A DNA stretch of 63,814 nucleotides, from positions 1 to 63,814 of the forward strand of contig CAVFNE010000002.1 of NCBI GenBank assembly GCA_963623755.1, given 5' to 3'. Origin of the DNA: Muribaculaceae bacterium (GTDB taxonomy: Bacteria > Spirochaetota > Spirochaetia > Sphaerochaetales > Sphaerochaetaceae). Under the pieces are notes generated by a model that saw nothing but the letters and a program-made list of their open reading frames with translations, had not been told where the DNA came from and did not search any database. Positions 19,356 through 28,027 of the stretch are shown piece by piece. Position numbers and translations under genes: made by a program. The first letter of the stretch is position 1. Each line of letters opens with the position of its first letter.

Positions 19356-19952
19356 CTATTTATCTGCATTGAGAAGTCTCAGCTCCACGCTCATGCCGTC
19401 GACTGAAGCTGACAAAAAAGAGTTGCTGCTTTTGTCTGTTGTGTATGAAACATCTTTAAGCTGTGTTCCCTGTAAAATGAGAGAGCACGAAGTATAGCTT
19501 ATATATTCAGCACTCTCGTGTTTTGTAAGCCTTCCCGACAGCGTGATGGTACCTATCAAGGTGTCGGAGTAGTAGGTATATGAGAATACGATTTTTACAT
19601 TATCTGCTTCGATCTCGATATTCGAGACATTCCGCTTTCCTTTTATTGTCCCCTCTGCAGATATTATGCTGTCTACAGTTATGACATAATCATCGGTTAT
19701 TTCTCGAAATGCACTTTCGACGTTTTTGGTTGACGGCATAATGGAGGAGGAGAATGTCTTATCTACATATCCGATATTGCTCGTTATCTCCGGAGTGAGC
19801 TCCAGAAGCGCGTTATACGCTCTTGTCTGTCCTGCCGAGGATGTAATGAAGTCGCTGTAAGCTGCGATAACCTCCTCACTCCTGTCCTTCTCACATGATG
19901 GGAAGAACACAATCAGGAGGACTGATAAGAGTACAATTAAAGTCTTTCTCAT
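19356..19952 (-). CDS. Lipoprotein, paralogous family member
   Basis: Signal plus lipobox (IVFFPSC); C-terminus LILQGTQLKDVSYTTD..VELRLLN. Confidence 0.7.
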   Translation of the reverse strand: MRKTLIVLLSVLLIVFFPSCEKDRSEEVIAAYSDFITSSAGQTRAYNALLELTPEITSNIGYVDKTFSSSIMPSTKNVESAFREITDDYVITVDSIISAEGTIKGKRNVSNIEIEADNVKIVFSYTYYSDTLIGTITLSGRLTKHESAEYISYTSCSLILQGTQLKDVSYTTDKSSNSFLSASVDGMSVELRLLNADK

Positions 19953-20026
19953 TTATTCCTCTTTTTCTATTCTACATGGCAGAGTTGAATTATTAAACAT
20001 ATTTTTTACATACGCAGTTCAATCTT

Positions 20027-21367
20027 TCAACAAGAAGAATCTGGAAGGGAAAAACGGGTGTATTTCTTCATTTTTACTATCACATATATCATTGTCAGTG
20101 CCTCCGTCAGCGGCATACTCCACCATATGGAGGATGGGGTGAAGACGAGGGGGAGAGCAATAATGAGAGCGCCACTTATGACAAGGCCTCTCATGACAGA
20201 TACTATAAAGGAAGTTTTCGGCTTCATTATGGCCTGAAAGTAGTAGGTCGAATAGATGTTGAACGGCAGGATGAGAAAAGAGAGAGCGTAGGTGCGGATG
20301 ATTGCCGGCGCTATGGCGAGAATCTCGGCTGTCGGGCTCATGAAAATCCTTATAAACATGTTTGGGACGGCCTCAGAGAGGGCAGTCCACAATACACTGA
20401 AAATCATTGCCGTAATGATGCTGTATTTCAGCGTCTCTTTAATCCTATTGCCGTTACCCGCTCCATAGTTTGTCGATATTATAGGCTGGGAAGCCTGACC
20501 GATGCTGTATGCAGAGCATTGCACAAACGTACTTATATTTATGATAGGACCGTAGACTGCAAGCTCTGAGGAGTCGAGGTATTTCATAATCTGTTTGTTG
20601 AAGAGGATTGTGAGTATGCCCATCGCAACGTCGATGAAGAAGGTTGAGAAACCTGTGACTGTAATGCGGCCGATCTGATGGAGGAACCTCCTGGGTTTTC
20701 TTATTCTCAGTGTATTCTCTTTGGAGAAGAAGTGGCTCAGCATTATGAGGAAAGAGAAAACACTCCCCATAGCTGTTGCGAGTCCTGCTCCGAAGAGTCC
20801 CATGGAGCACGGAAAGACAAAGAAATAGTCCCCAGCGATGTTAAATATGCCCCCGGCCATTACAGCTTTTGTAGCCAAAGATGGTGCTTTGTCGTTACGT
20901 AGGTATGCGGCAAGCATCTGGTTGAAGAGAAAGACAGGAAGGACGAATCTGATAGGCCTCATATAGTTTTCGGCAAGAGGAAGTAGTTTTTCGTCGGCGC
21001 CGAAGAATGTGAGAATACTGTCCTCGAAGAGAAAGTAGAGAAGTGTCAAAATAAGAGAAAGGAAGATTGAGCCGATGATGGATGATGTGAAATATTCGTT
21101 CTCGTTTCCTTCTTTTCCATTGTTAGTGCCTCTTTTGAGGGAGAATATGACGCTTCCTCCTATCCCCATCAAGAGGCCCAGCGAATAGATGATGTTCCAT
21201 ACAGGCGCAACGACTGCGAGGGCGGCACTACCGTCCGGGCCCTGGTACTGCCCGACCATCGCCATATCTACAACGCCGTATATTGATGATATAAGAGCAC
21301 TTCCGAATGCTGATGAAAGATACTTCAGATAAAGTCCTTTGATGTCGTCTTTCAAAAGGTTTTCCAT
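20027..21367 (-). CDS. MATE-family efflux transporter
   Basis: 12-TM profile and MATE-like duplicated halves. An AAGGAG SD lies 7 nt before the ATG at 21367, so the track start at 21388 is probably too long. Confidence 0.88.
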   Translation of the reverse strand: MENLLKDDIKGLYLKYLSSAFGSALISSIYGVVDMAMVGQYQGPDGSAALAVVAPVWNIIYSLGLLMGIGGSVIFSLKRGTNNGKEGNENEYFTSSIIGSIFLSLILTLLYFLFEDSILTFFGADEKLLPLAENYMRPIRFVLPVFLFNQMLAAYLRNDKAPSLATKAVMAGGIFNIAGDYFFVFPCSMGLFGAGLATAMGSVFSFLIMLSHFFSKENTLRIRKPRRFLHQIGRITVTGFSTFFIDVAMGILTILFNKQIMKYLDSSELAVYGPIINISTFVQCSAYSIGQASQPIISTNYGAGNGNRIKETLKYSIITAMIFSVLWTALSEAVPNMFIRIFMSPTAEILAIAPAIIRTYALSFLILPFNIYSTYYFQAIMKPKTSFIVSVMRGLVISGALIIALPLVFTPSSIWWSMPLTEALTMIYVIVKMKKYTRFSLPDSSC

Positions 21368-21386
21368 ACTTTTACTCCTTATAAAC

Positions 21387-21433
21387 AAAAAAACCGGATA
21401 AGAAACAGGTATCTCAACCTGCGTCTTATCCGG
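21387..21433 (-). terminator. Intrinsic terminator inside the MATE 5' leader (attenuator)
   Basis: On the minus strand a 10-bp perfect stem (CCGGAUAAGA ... UCUUAUCCGG) is followed directly by U7. It ends about 20 nt before the MATE start codon. Confidence 0.7.
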
Positions 21434-21484
21434 CTCTCGGATCTTTGTCCGACTGCCCTCCGAACGAGCAGGAAAGAGTCTAGT
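21434..21484 (-). promoter_or_regulatory. Structured leader (candidate riboswitch aptamer) upstream of the attenuator
   Basis: The minus strand reads ACUAGACUCUUUCCUGCUCGUUCGGAGGGCAGUCGGACAAAGAUCCGAGAGCCGG. It has nested hairpins (CUGC..GCAG, UCGGA..UCCGA) closed by CUCU..AGAG. The CUAG and UCCGAGAG blocks recall the ykkC family. Confidence 0.4.
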
Positions 21485-21533
21485 CGAAGAAAATTATAAT
21501 GACAAGGGGTAGTTCTATTTTTATAATCGTGTC

Positions 21534-22217
21534 ATGAAACTTCTGATAGTTGAAGATGAAAAGGGCCTGAGTGAGGCCGTAAGCCATGTATTAAGAAGTA
21601 AAGGCTGGCTTGTTAAGGAATGTGCGAATGGAAACGACGGGCTCGAGGAAGCTGAAAGCGGGACATATGACTTGATTATCCTTGACGTTATGCTTCCCGC
21701 CGTCGACGGCTTCACAATACTTAGGACCATCCGTGATAACTCCATTTCAACCCCCGTTTTGATGCTGACAGCCAAGGCAGACCTTTCAAGCAGAGTCAAG
21801 GGCCTCAATTGGGGTGCCGACTATTACCTTCCCAAACCTTTCGAGATGGATGAGCTTATTGCCTGCGTCAATGCACTCTCGAGAAGAAAGGAAACAATTA
21901 TCGACTCTTCCCTCGAGTTCGGCGACATAATGCTCAAAAAGGAGGAGGGCCTTCTTGTCGAGACTAAAACCGGAGAGAGTGTTAAGCTCAGCGCGAGGGA
22001 GATAAGCCTTTTGGAAATGCTCCTTTCGGGAGAGGGTAGAATAATCAATAAGGAGCAGATTTTTGAAAAACTCTGGGGCTACGACTCGAATGCCGATTAC
22101 AACTCGACAGAAGTTTATATCTCATTTTTAAGGAAAAAGCTCAAATACATAGGTTCAAAAACAGAGATTAAGGCACTGCGCGGCCTCGGATATTCATTGG
22201 AGAAAAAGGATGATTAA
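21534..22217 (+). CDS. OmpR-family response regulator
   Basis: Receiver domain (LIVEDE.., DLIILDVMLP, phosphoacceptor Asp) plus a winged-helix C-terminus (..ALRGLGYSL). Confidence 0.93.
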   Translation: MKLLIVEDEKGLSEAVSHVLRSKGWLVKECANGNDGLEEAESGTYDLIILDVMLPAVDGFTILRTIRDNSISTPVLMLTAKADLSSRVKGLNWGADYYLPKPFEMDELIACVNALSRRKETIIDSSLEFGDIMLKKEEGLLVETKTGESVKLSAREISLLEMLLSGEGRIINKEQIFEKLWGYDSNADYNSTEVYISFLRKKLKYIGSKTEIKALRGLGYSLEKKDD

Positions 22218-23526
22218 AAAACTCAGGCGCCGCTTGATGCTTGTCATGCTTCTTTCTTTCACAGCCATCGTAGTAGCTTTAGTTACAGTCATTGTCGTTG
22301 TGCCCGAGTCTGAAAAGAGGCGCGAGATAAGACAGTCTCTCGAGGCTCTTAGTGAGAACTCTTCAATGCAGATAAATGCTATGCGCCAGGGCGAAGTTCC
22401 ACCGTCCATCCCTGCCGACGGGACTACCCCGATCGAAATGTTTGACGGGGAAACAACTCCGTTCGAAATGCCACCCGAGGCTGTGGGAGAGCAGTTCACT
22501 CGGGCAAACCCGGCTTTACGTAACGCCTACAGCGACAGCACCATCACAATCGAGACAGACTCGAGCGGGGCGATTGTTAAGTGGACAAGTGGAAGAAGTG
22601 ACTATACAGATGAGCAAGTTGAGGCAATACTTGCCCTTATCGGGAAAAGTGGTGGTGAGTTTGATTATACAGCAGGCTACTATTACCTCAGACACACAAC
22701 TCCTGACGGCTACTCATATGTAGTTCTTGATGCAGCATCTTCGATAAATGATTTCAGGCGCACATTGATGTGGGGTCTCATCGGAGGCCTTTCCTCCTGG
22801 ATAGTATTCTTCTTCCTTGCTCTCAAGCTCTCCCAGATGATGGTCAAGCCTGTTAATGAGGCATTCGAAAAACAGACACAGTTCATATCTGATGCGAGTC
22901 ACGAGCTCAAGACTCCGATAGCCGTAATCCAGGCCAATGCCGATGTGCTTAAAAACGAATGTGGGGACAACAAGTGGATTGAGTACATAATCACCGAGAC
23001 CCACCGTATGGATAAGCTTGTGAAGGACCTTTTGTTCCTTTCGAGCGTAAATAAAACATCATTTCTTCCGGTAAGACTGAACTTTTCGCACCTGGTCGAG
23101 GGCGCAGTTCTCCCATTCGAGGCACTTGCCTTCGAGAGGGGAAAGAGAGTGGAAACAAAAATAAAGGACGATATATATATCAAAGGAGACGAAGGCGAGA
23201 TGGAGAAGCTCATATCAATACTTCTTTCAAACGCCCTCAAGTACTCCTACGAGAATACCCCTATCACGGTAACTCTCTCAGATAAGTCCCGTACAGCACT
23301 CCTGAGGGTGCGTAACGAAGGAAGCGGAGTGAAGAAAGAGGACGGCGACAAAATATTCGAGCGCTTCTACCGCGTAGATAAAGCCCGCTCGAGAGAGAGT
23401 GGCAGCTACGGTCTGGGACTTGCGATGGCGAGAAATATTGCAATCAATCACAGGGCAAGGCTTACATTCGAGAGCGAGTACGGTAAGTGGATTGAGTTTA
23501 CCTTTGAAATAAAAAAAGAAGATTAA
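22210..23526 (+). CDS. Sensor histidine kinase
   Basis: Two TM segments flank a periplasmic loop. H-box SHELKTPIA, N/G boxes (LSNALKY.., GLGLAMA). Overlaps the RR gene by 8 bp. Confidence 0.9.
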   Translation: MIKKLRRRLMLVMLLSFTAIVVALVTVIVVVPESEKRREIRQSLEALSENSSMQINAMRQGEVPPSIPADGTTPIEMFDGETTPFEMPPEAVGEQFTRANPALRNAYSDSTITIETDSSGAIVKWTSGRSDYTDEQVEAILALIGKSGGEFDYTAGYYYLRHTTPDGYSYVVLDAASSINDFRRTLMWGLIGGLSSWIVFFFLALKLSQMMVKPVNEAFEKQTQFISDASHELKTPIAVIQANADVLKNECGDNKWIEYIITETHRMDKLVKDLLFLSSVNKTSFLPVRLNFSHLVEGAVLPFEALAFERGKRVETKIKDDIYIKGDEGEMEKLISILLSNALKYSYENTPITVTLSDKSRTALLRVRNEGSGVKKEDGDKIFERFYRVDKARSRESGSYGLGLAMARNIAINHRARLTFESEYGKWIEFTFEIKKED

Positions 23527-23590
23527 TTTTCCTTTTCAAGCTTTCTTTAAGTTTCGTCTTCTATTCTCTACTCAATCAAGGAGAAAAAAG

Positions 23591-25582
23591 ATGAAGAATA
23601 GACTCAGAAAAACAATCATTTCAGTGTTAGTCGTATCTATGCTCTTTGTCTCTTGTCAATCGGGGACTGAAAGCACAGCAGAAATGCTGGAGAGCGTGAT
23701 AAAAAACAAAACTCAGAGTTCGGCGGCAAATACCGAAGATGGAATTACAGGCACATATTCCTCTACAATCTCAGGTTGGATTACAGATGAAGAGGCAACA
23801 GCAACTGTAGTGCCGTCGGAAGACCAGGTTCCGTCTACATACAGTGCATCTGACTTTGAGTTGAATGAAGATGAATATACAGATATCGAGATTAATCTTT
23901 CAACTCTTTCTGGTGGAGAGACGCTTGCTGATAAAGTGACGGTTGAATTCACTACAGATGAAGACGACGGAACAACGGTTTTAGGAATAAAAATTAAGAA
24001 CAAATCGGAAAACAAGTACAATTACATCCTCTCGGGAACATCAAGTGCAGGGGTGAAGATTATCAACAGAAACTCAGATTTCTGTGTAACTCTTGACAGC
24101 GTTGAAATAACAAGTGCAACTGATTCCGATGAACAGGCATTAAAAATGGACGCAGATGCAGACGATGACGGTGTTGCACCATATTATACATGCTTTCTTA
24201 TCCTCAAAGGCGAAAGTACTCTCACTGGTTGCTCAGCCACTGATGATACTACAACCAACGCAGTCAAGGCATGCGGCTCACTTGTAATCAGCGGGGATGG
24301 AACACTCAACGTCTATGCAACAAACAATAACGGTATCGTTTCCGATGACGTAGTTGTCGTTAATGGCGGAAGCGTTAACATTAGTCTCGACTCCACATAC
24401 AGTGACGGCACTGGTATAAAGAGCGTCAACGGCTACGTCCAGAACGGCGGATGTGTCAACATCACAGGGCTTAATGAAACTGAAGGTATGGAGAATAAGG
24501 GAATCAAGGTCGAAGGTGATGATAGCGAGACTGAATATGGAAAGGGTAAGGGGTATATCCTCATCAACGGCGGCGAAATCAACATCACAACAACGGGTAA
24601 GGGTATGACAGCTTCCTTCGACCCTGATGAGGACGGAGACACAACAAACAGTGATAACGACCCGTCGGCAGATGTATTCATCAACAACGGCCTTATTACG
24701 ATAACAACTACATCGACTCCTCGTGATGATTCTTCCTCTACTTCGAATGACGGAGTCTCACCTGAAGGAATCGAGGGTAAGAGCAGCGTTACAATCAACG
24801 GAGGTAAGATTGTTCTCAACACAACCGATGACTGTATAAACGCATCAAGTAGCGACTCTTCGATTGTGATAAACGGCGGCCTTATCTACGCTCATTCAAC
24901 ACAAAATGACTCTGTCGATTCTAACGGAACGATTGAGATTAACGGTGGCACGCTGATTGCACTCGGAGCCGGTGTTCCCGAGGGAGGTATAGACTGTGAT
25001 GAGGACTCACGTTTTGTCTATAACGGTGGCACAATAATTGCCATGGGCGGCACGAACAACCTGCCTTCCGGTAGTGGAACAAGCGGTTACTACCTTTCGA
25101 CTTCCGGCGGCGTGAGCATGGGCGGCGGTATGGGACCGGGAAATGGTTCTTCCTCTGAGCCACCAGAGATTCCTAGTAATAACAGAGAAACAACGACATC
25201 TACAGGTGAGACAACAAGCGCAATGACACCTCCCGGTGGTGGAACAACGCCTCCCGGAAAGATGGATGGTAATAATAATACTGCAGGACCGCAGAACGGC
25301 GGCACAACAGGCTCTCTCTCCTCCGGTGATACCTTAACCCTCCTCAAGAGTGACGGCACTGTAATATTCTCGTTCACACTGCCGGATGATGTGGTCTCCA
25401 CAAGCGTTCTTCTTGCCTCTACGAGTCTCAAGAGCGGGGAAAGCTACTCTATCTCCACTTCGTCTACAGTAAAGAGTGCAGAATACACATTCGAGGGGTT
25501 GGCACTTGGAGAGGTTGAAGTGAGTGTTACATCCTCTACAAGTATGACACTCTCAAGTCTCGGAACGACTATAGCATTATAA
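23591..25582 (+). CDS. Beta-helix carbohydrate-binding-type lipoprotein (Cthe_2159/DUF4353-like) with a Gly/Thr/Pro-rich linker
   Basis: Lipobox (LFVSC). Repeated ..INGG.I.I../..DD.INA.. beta-helix rungs (VTINGGKIVLNTTDDCINASS, IEINGGTLIALG). Low-complexity GGGMGPGNGSS..TTPPG region around 25100-25330. Confidence 0.7.
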   Translation: MKNRLRKTIISVLVVSMLFVSCQSGTESTAEMLESVIKNKTQSSAANTEDGITGTYSSTISGWITDEEATATVVPSEDQVPSTYSASDFELNEDEYTDIEINLSTLSGGETLADKVTVEFTTDEDDGTTVLGIKIKNKSENKYNYILSGTSSAGVKIINRNSDFCVTLDSVEITSATDSDEQALKMDADADDDGVAPYYTCFLILKGESTLTGCSATDDTTTNAVKACGSLVISGDGTLNVYATNNNGIVSDDVVVVNGGSVNISLDSTYSDGTGIKSVNGYVQNGGCVNITGLNETEGMENKGIKVEGDDSETEYGKGKGYILINGGEINITTTGKGMTASFDPDEDGDTTNSDNDPSADVFINNGLITITTTSTPRDDSSSTSNDGVSPEGIEGKSSVTINGGKIVLNTTDDCINASSSDSSIVINGGLIYAHSTQNDSVDSNGTIEINGGTLIALGAGVPEGGIDCDEDSRFVYNGGTIIAMGGTNNLPSGSGTSGYYLSTSGGVSMGGGMGPGNGSSSEPPEIPSNNRETTTSTGETTSAMTPPGGGTTPPGKMDGNNNTAGPQNGGTTGSLSSGDTLTLLKSDGTVIFSFTLPDDVVSTSVLLASTSLKSGESYSISTSSTVKSAEYTFEGLALGEVEVSVTSSTSMTLSSLGTTIAL

Positions 25583-25617
25583 TTAGTATGGATGCGGGCT
25601 CTCGAACGGGCCCGTTT

Positions 25618-26556
25618 TCACTCTGGAGAGTAGGGGGTATATGTATGCTCGTAGCCGAACTTCACTCCCGCCGTAGATGTAAACCAATCGTCAGCTGTGT
25701 TTCTGTCGATTCCTCCGGGAAGGCGCATAAGGAGGCGCGAGGCTGTAATCTCCTGGCTCGAGACTGCTTCTCCCTCCCATTCACCTTCTTCTTCGAGTAG
25801 TTCAACGAGAGCTAGGAACGCCTCCTTCTTTGTGGATGCTTCTGTAAAGTTTGAATAAACGATTGCGTCGATTATCGTCCCCCCGACTTCGTCGTAGACG
25901 ACGATTCCTCCAGTTGTGCTTATGAGAGTACTCTCCATCCCGCCGTTGATGTAGTAAGTGTAGAGTTCTTTTTCGTAGTCCCTGAGAAAGTTCTCCTTCC
26001 CGCTTCTGCTGTCCCAATAAATTACTATGAGGTCTCCGCGCTTGACAGTAAGGGATGGAAGTACAACACCGGAAGAAGTAATATCATCAGTTACTGCCAT
26101 GCCTCCGATGTTTCCCGACTTTGTGACAAGAAGTTCGATTCTGTCAGGTTTGGTCTTGTTGCCGTCGACAGATACTTTGTTGAGTAATAGTCCTGCCTTG
26201 TTGGAGTTTCTGCCGTAGAGGGTGAAGAATGCCCGGGTTGTGTTTCCTCCGTTCTTTGTATATGTCAGGGCGAGGGTGAATTTCTCTCCCATATCGAGTG
26301 TGTAGGGAAGGCTAATGGTTATGGAGTCGCCTACAAGAGATTTTTTCTCCACACCTGTGTTGAAGACAACTTCTTTTATTTCAACTCTTTCGGAAAATTT
26401 AATGACGAATGTTTCGTTGTCTTCAAGGCCGTAGTCTACAATAACGGCGCCGCTCTTGTTCTTATCTAAAAGGAGATTTTCAATCACGAGCTCTTTATTC
26501 GAGCAGGAAAACAGGAGAAGTAGAGCAATAAAGAAAATCAGAATTTTATTTTTCAT
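25618..26556 (-). CDS. Lipoprotein with a lamin-tail-domain-like segment
   Basis: MKNKILIFFIALLLLFSC signal/lipobox from the ATG at 26556. AGLLLNKVSVDGNKTKPDRIELLVTKSGNIGGMAV resembles the LTD signature. Confidence 0.55.
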   Translation of the reverse strand: MKNKILIFFIALLLLFSCSNKELVIENLLLDKNKSGAVIVDYGLEDNETFVIKFSERVEIKEVVFNTGVEKKSLVGDSITISLPYTLDMGEKFTLALTYTKNGGNTTRAFFTLYGRNSNKAGLLLNKVSVDGNKTKPDRIELLVTKSGNIGGMAVTDDITSSGVVLPSLTVKRGDLIVIYWDSRSGKENFLRDYEKELYTYYINGGMESTLISTTGGIVVYDEVGGTIIDAIVYSNFTEASTKKEAFLALVELLEEEGEWEGEAVSSQEITASRLLMRLPGGIDRNTADDWFTSTAGVKFGYEHTYTPYSPE

Positions 26557-26576
26557 ACTTATTAAGCGCAATAAGT
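26557..26576. promoter_or_regulatory. 20-bp perfect palindrome abutting the start codon of the LTD lipoprotein gene
   Basis: ACTTATT-AAGCGC-AATAAGT read directly; it lies immediately 5' of the ATG (minus strand) at 26556. Confidence 0.35.
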
Positions 26577-26714
26577 GGCCGAAATTGTCAGCATTTATGA
26601 GAAAAATCTTCATTAAGCGCCCGATTTCTCTTTATTTTTTCTCAATTCGGAGGGAAAGACAAACACAATATTTGTTTTCTATCTCCTTTTTGGAGCTTGA
26701 AAGCGGATAAGTGA

Positions 26715-28010
26715 ATGAAGTATCTTTTAGCTATGAGTATCTTAAAACCACATAAGTTAGGGGTTATTGCCGGCCCTGGCTCAGAATATTTCACCGGCAA
26801 GGTCGTGAAGCATCTCAGACGCCTTTATATCGACAGATATGAGAAACTCTCAGAGGCATTGACAAAACGCCACGGCATATCGGCTGACGAGTTACTTAAA
26901 GATGTAACTTTTCTTGATGACATCGACAGCAAGAAGATTCCGACAGGAAAACTCCCGACTTCATTCCACTGTCCCGACTTCACAGTCAATGTAAAGTACA
27001 CAAGGTTTTCAAACGGGGAAGAGAAAGCGGAGATAATCGACCCGGTAAGAGGATTGAGCGTCTATCTCATTCATGACGTGTCGAACTTCTCTCCGATAAA
27101 GGTTCTGGGAGCAGAGGAGCCTGTCCAGCTTTCGATCAACGACCACCTCATGTTCCTCTTTACGACTGTCAACGCCCTTCATAATGCAGGGGCTGAGTCG
27201 ATAACACTTGTCCTTCCGTCCTATCCATATGCTCGTCAGCATAAAAAGGCGTCACGTGAGCCTTTGACGGCAGCAATGTTTGCGCGCTTCTGTGAAGAAC
27301 TTGGAGTCAACAGAATAATCACACTCGATATACACTCGCGTGAAATCGAAAACGCATTCAGCACATGTGCTCTCGAGAATGTCCACGGCTCGTATCAGAC
27401 ACTCATTGCGCTGCGTAAGCTCATCGACTTCTCCGACCCCGATATCGTAGTCGTCTCTCCGGACACCGGAGCTGTAAGCAGAAACAAGTTCTATGCACAG
27501 GCACTCCATAGGCCCCTTGCCATATTATATAAGGAAAGGGATTACTCGATGGTTTCAACCTCTGCAAAGAATACAAACATAAAATCCATCAACCTTCTGG
27601 GCGACGTAAAAGGTAAGACTGTCCTTATGGCTGACGATATGATAGCAACAGGCGGCACGATGATTATCGCCATGAAGGAACTGATGAACAGGGGCGCTAA
27701 GAAAATCATCGTCATGGTCTCCCTCCCGTTCTTCAACGGTAATGCCATCGAAAACTTCGACCAGGCTTATAAGGAAGGTATCTTCTACAGGATAATTGGA
27801 ACAAACGGTGTTTACCAGGGGAAGGAACTGTTGGAGAAGGAATGGTTCATACAGGCAGATGTTACAGAGCTTTTCGCCCGCGTTATTTCACGCCTCCATC
27901 ACGGCAGAGCTATATCGCCGCTTCTTGACAACAGAAAGTTCATCCAGAAACTTGTAGATATGACGCAGGCCGGAACTATCGGCACTGATGATACATCCAT
28001 TCCAGAGTAA
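26715..28010 (+). CDS. prs: Ribose-phosphate pyrophosphokinase (long form)
   Basis: PYARQ.. motif, PRPP-binding loop LMADDMIATGGT, and VVSPDTGA. Confidence 0.88.
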   Translation: MKYLLAMSILKPHKLGVIAGPGSEYFTGKVVKHLRRLYIDRYEKLSEALTKRHGISADELLKDVTFLDDIDSKKIPTGKLPTSFHCPDFTVNVKYTRFSNGEEKAEIIDPVRGLSVYLIHDVSNFSPIKVLGAEEPVQLSINDHLMFLFTTVNALHNAGAESITLVLPSYPYARQHKKASREPLTAAMFARFCEELGVNRIITLDIHSREIENAFSTCALENVHGSYQTLIALRKLIDFSDPDIVVVSPDTGAVSRNKFYAQALHRPLAILYKERDYSMVSTSAKNTNIKSINLLGDVKGKTVLMADDMIATGGTMIIAMKELMNRGAKKIIVMVSLPFFNGNAIENFDQAYKEGIFYRIIGTNGVYQGKELLEKEWFIQADVTELFARVISRLHHGRAISPLLDNRKFIQKLVDMTQAGTIGTDDTSIPE

Positions 28011-28027
28011 ACGAGGAGTCAGGCCTT

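Noticed and set aside
21434-21484. Calling the MATE leader a bona fide ykkC/guanidine-I riboswitch
   Set aside because: Only the 5' blocks (CUAG, UUCC, UCCGAGAG) are similar. I could not find the conserved 3' half of that motif. It is kept only as a candidate structured leader.
23713-25431. Minus-strand ORFs (74-129 aa) inside the beta-helix lipoprotein gene
   Set aside because: They are shadow frames of a repetitive Gly/Thr/Asp-rich coding region.
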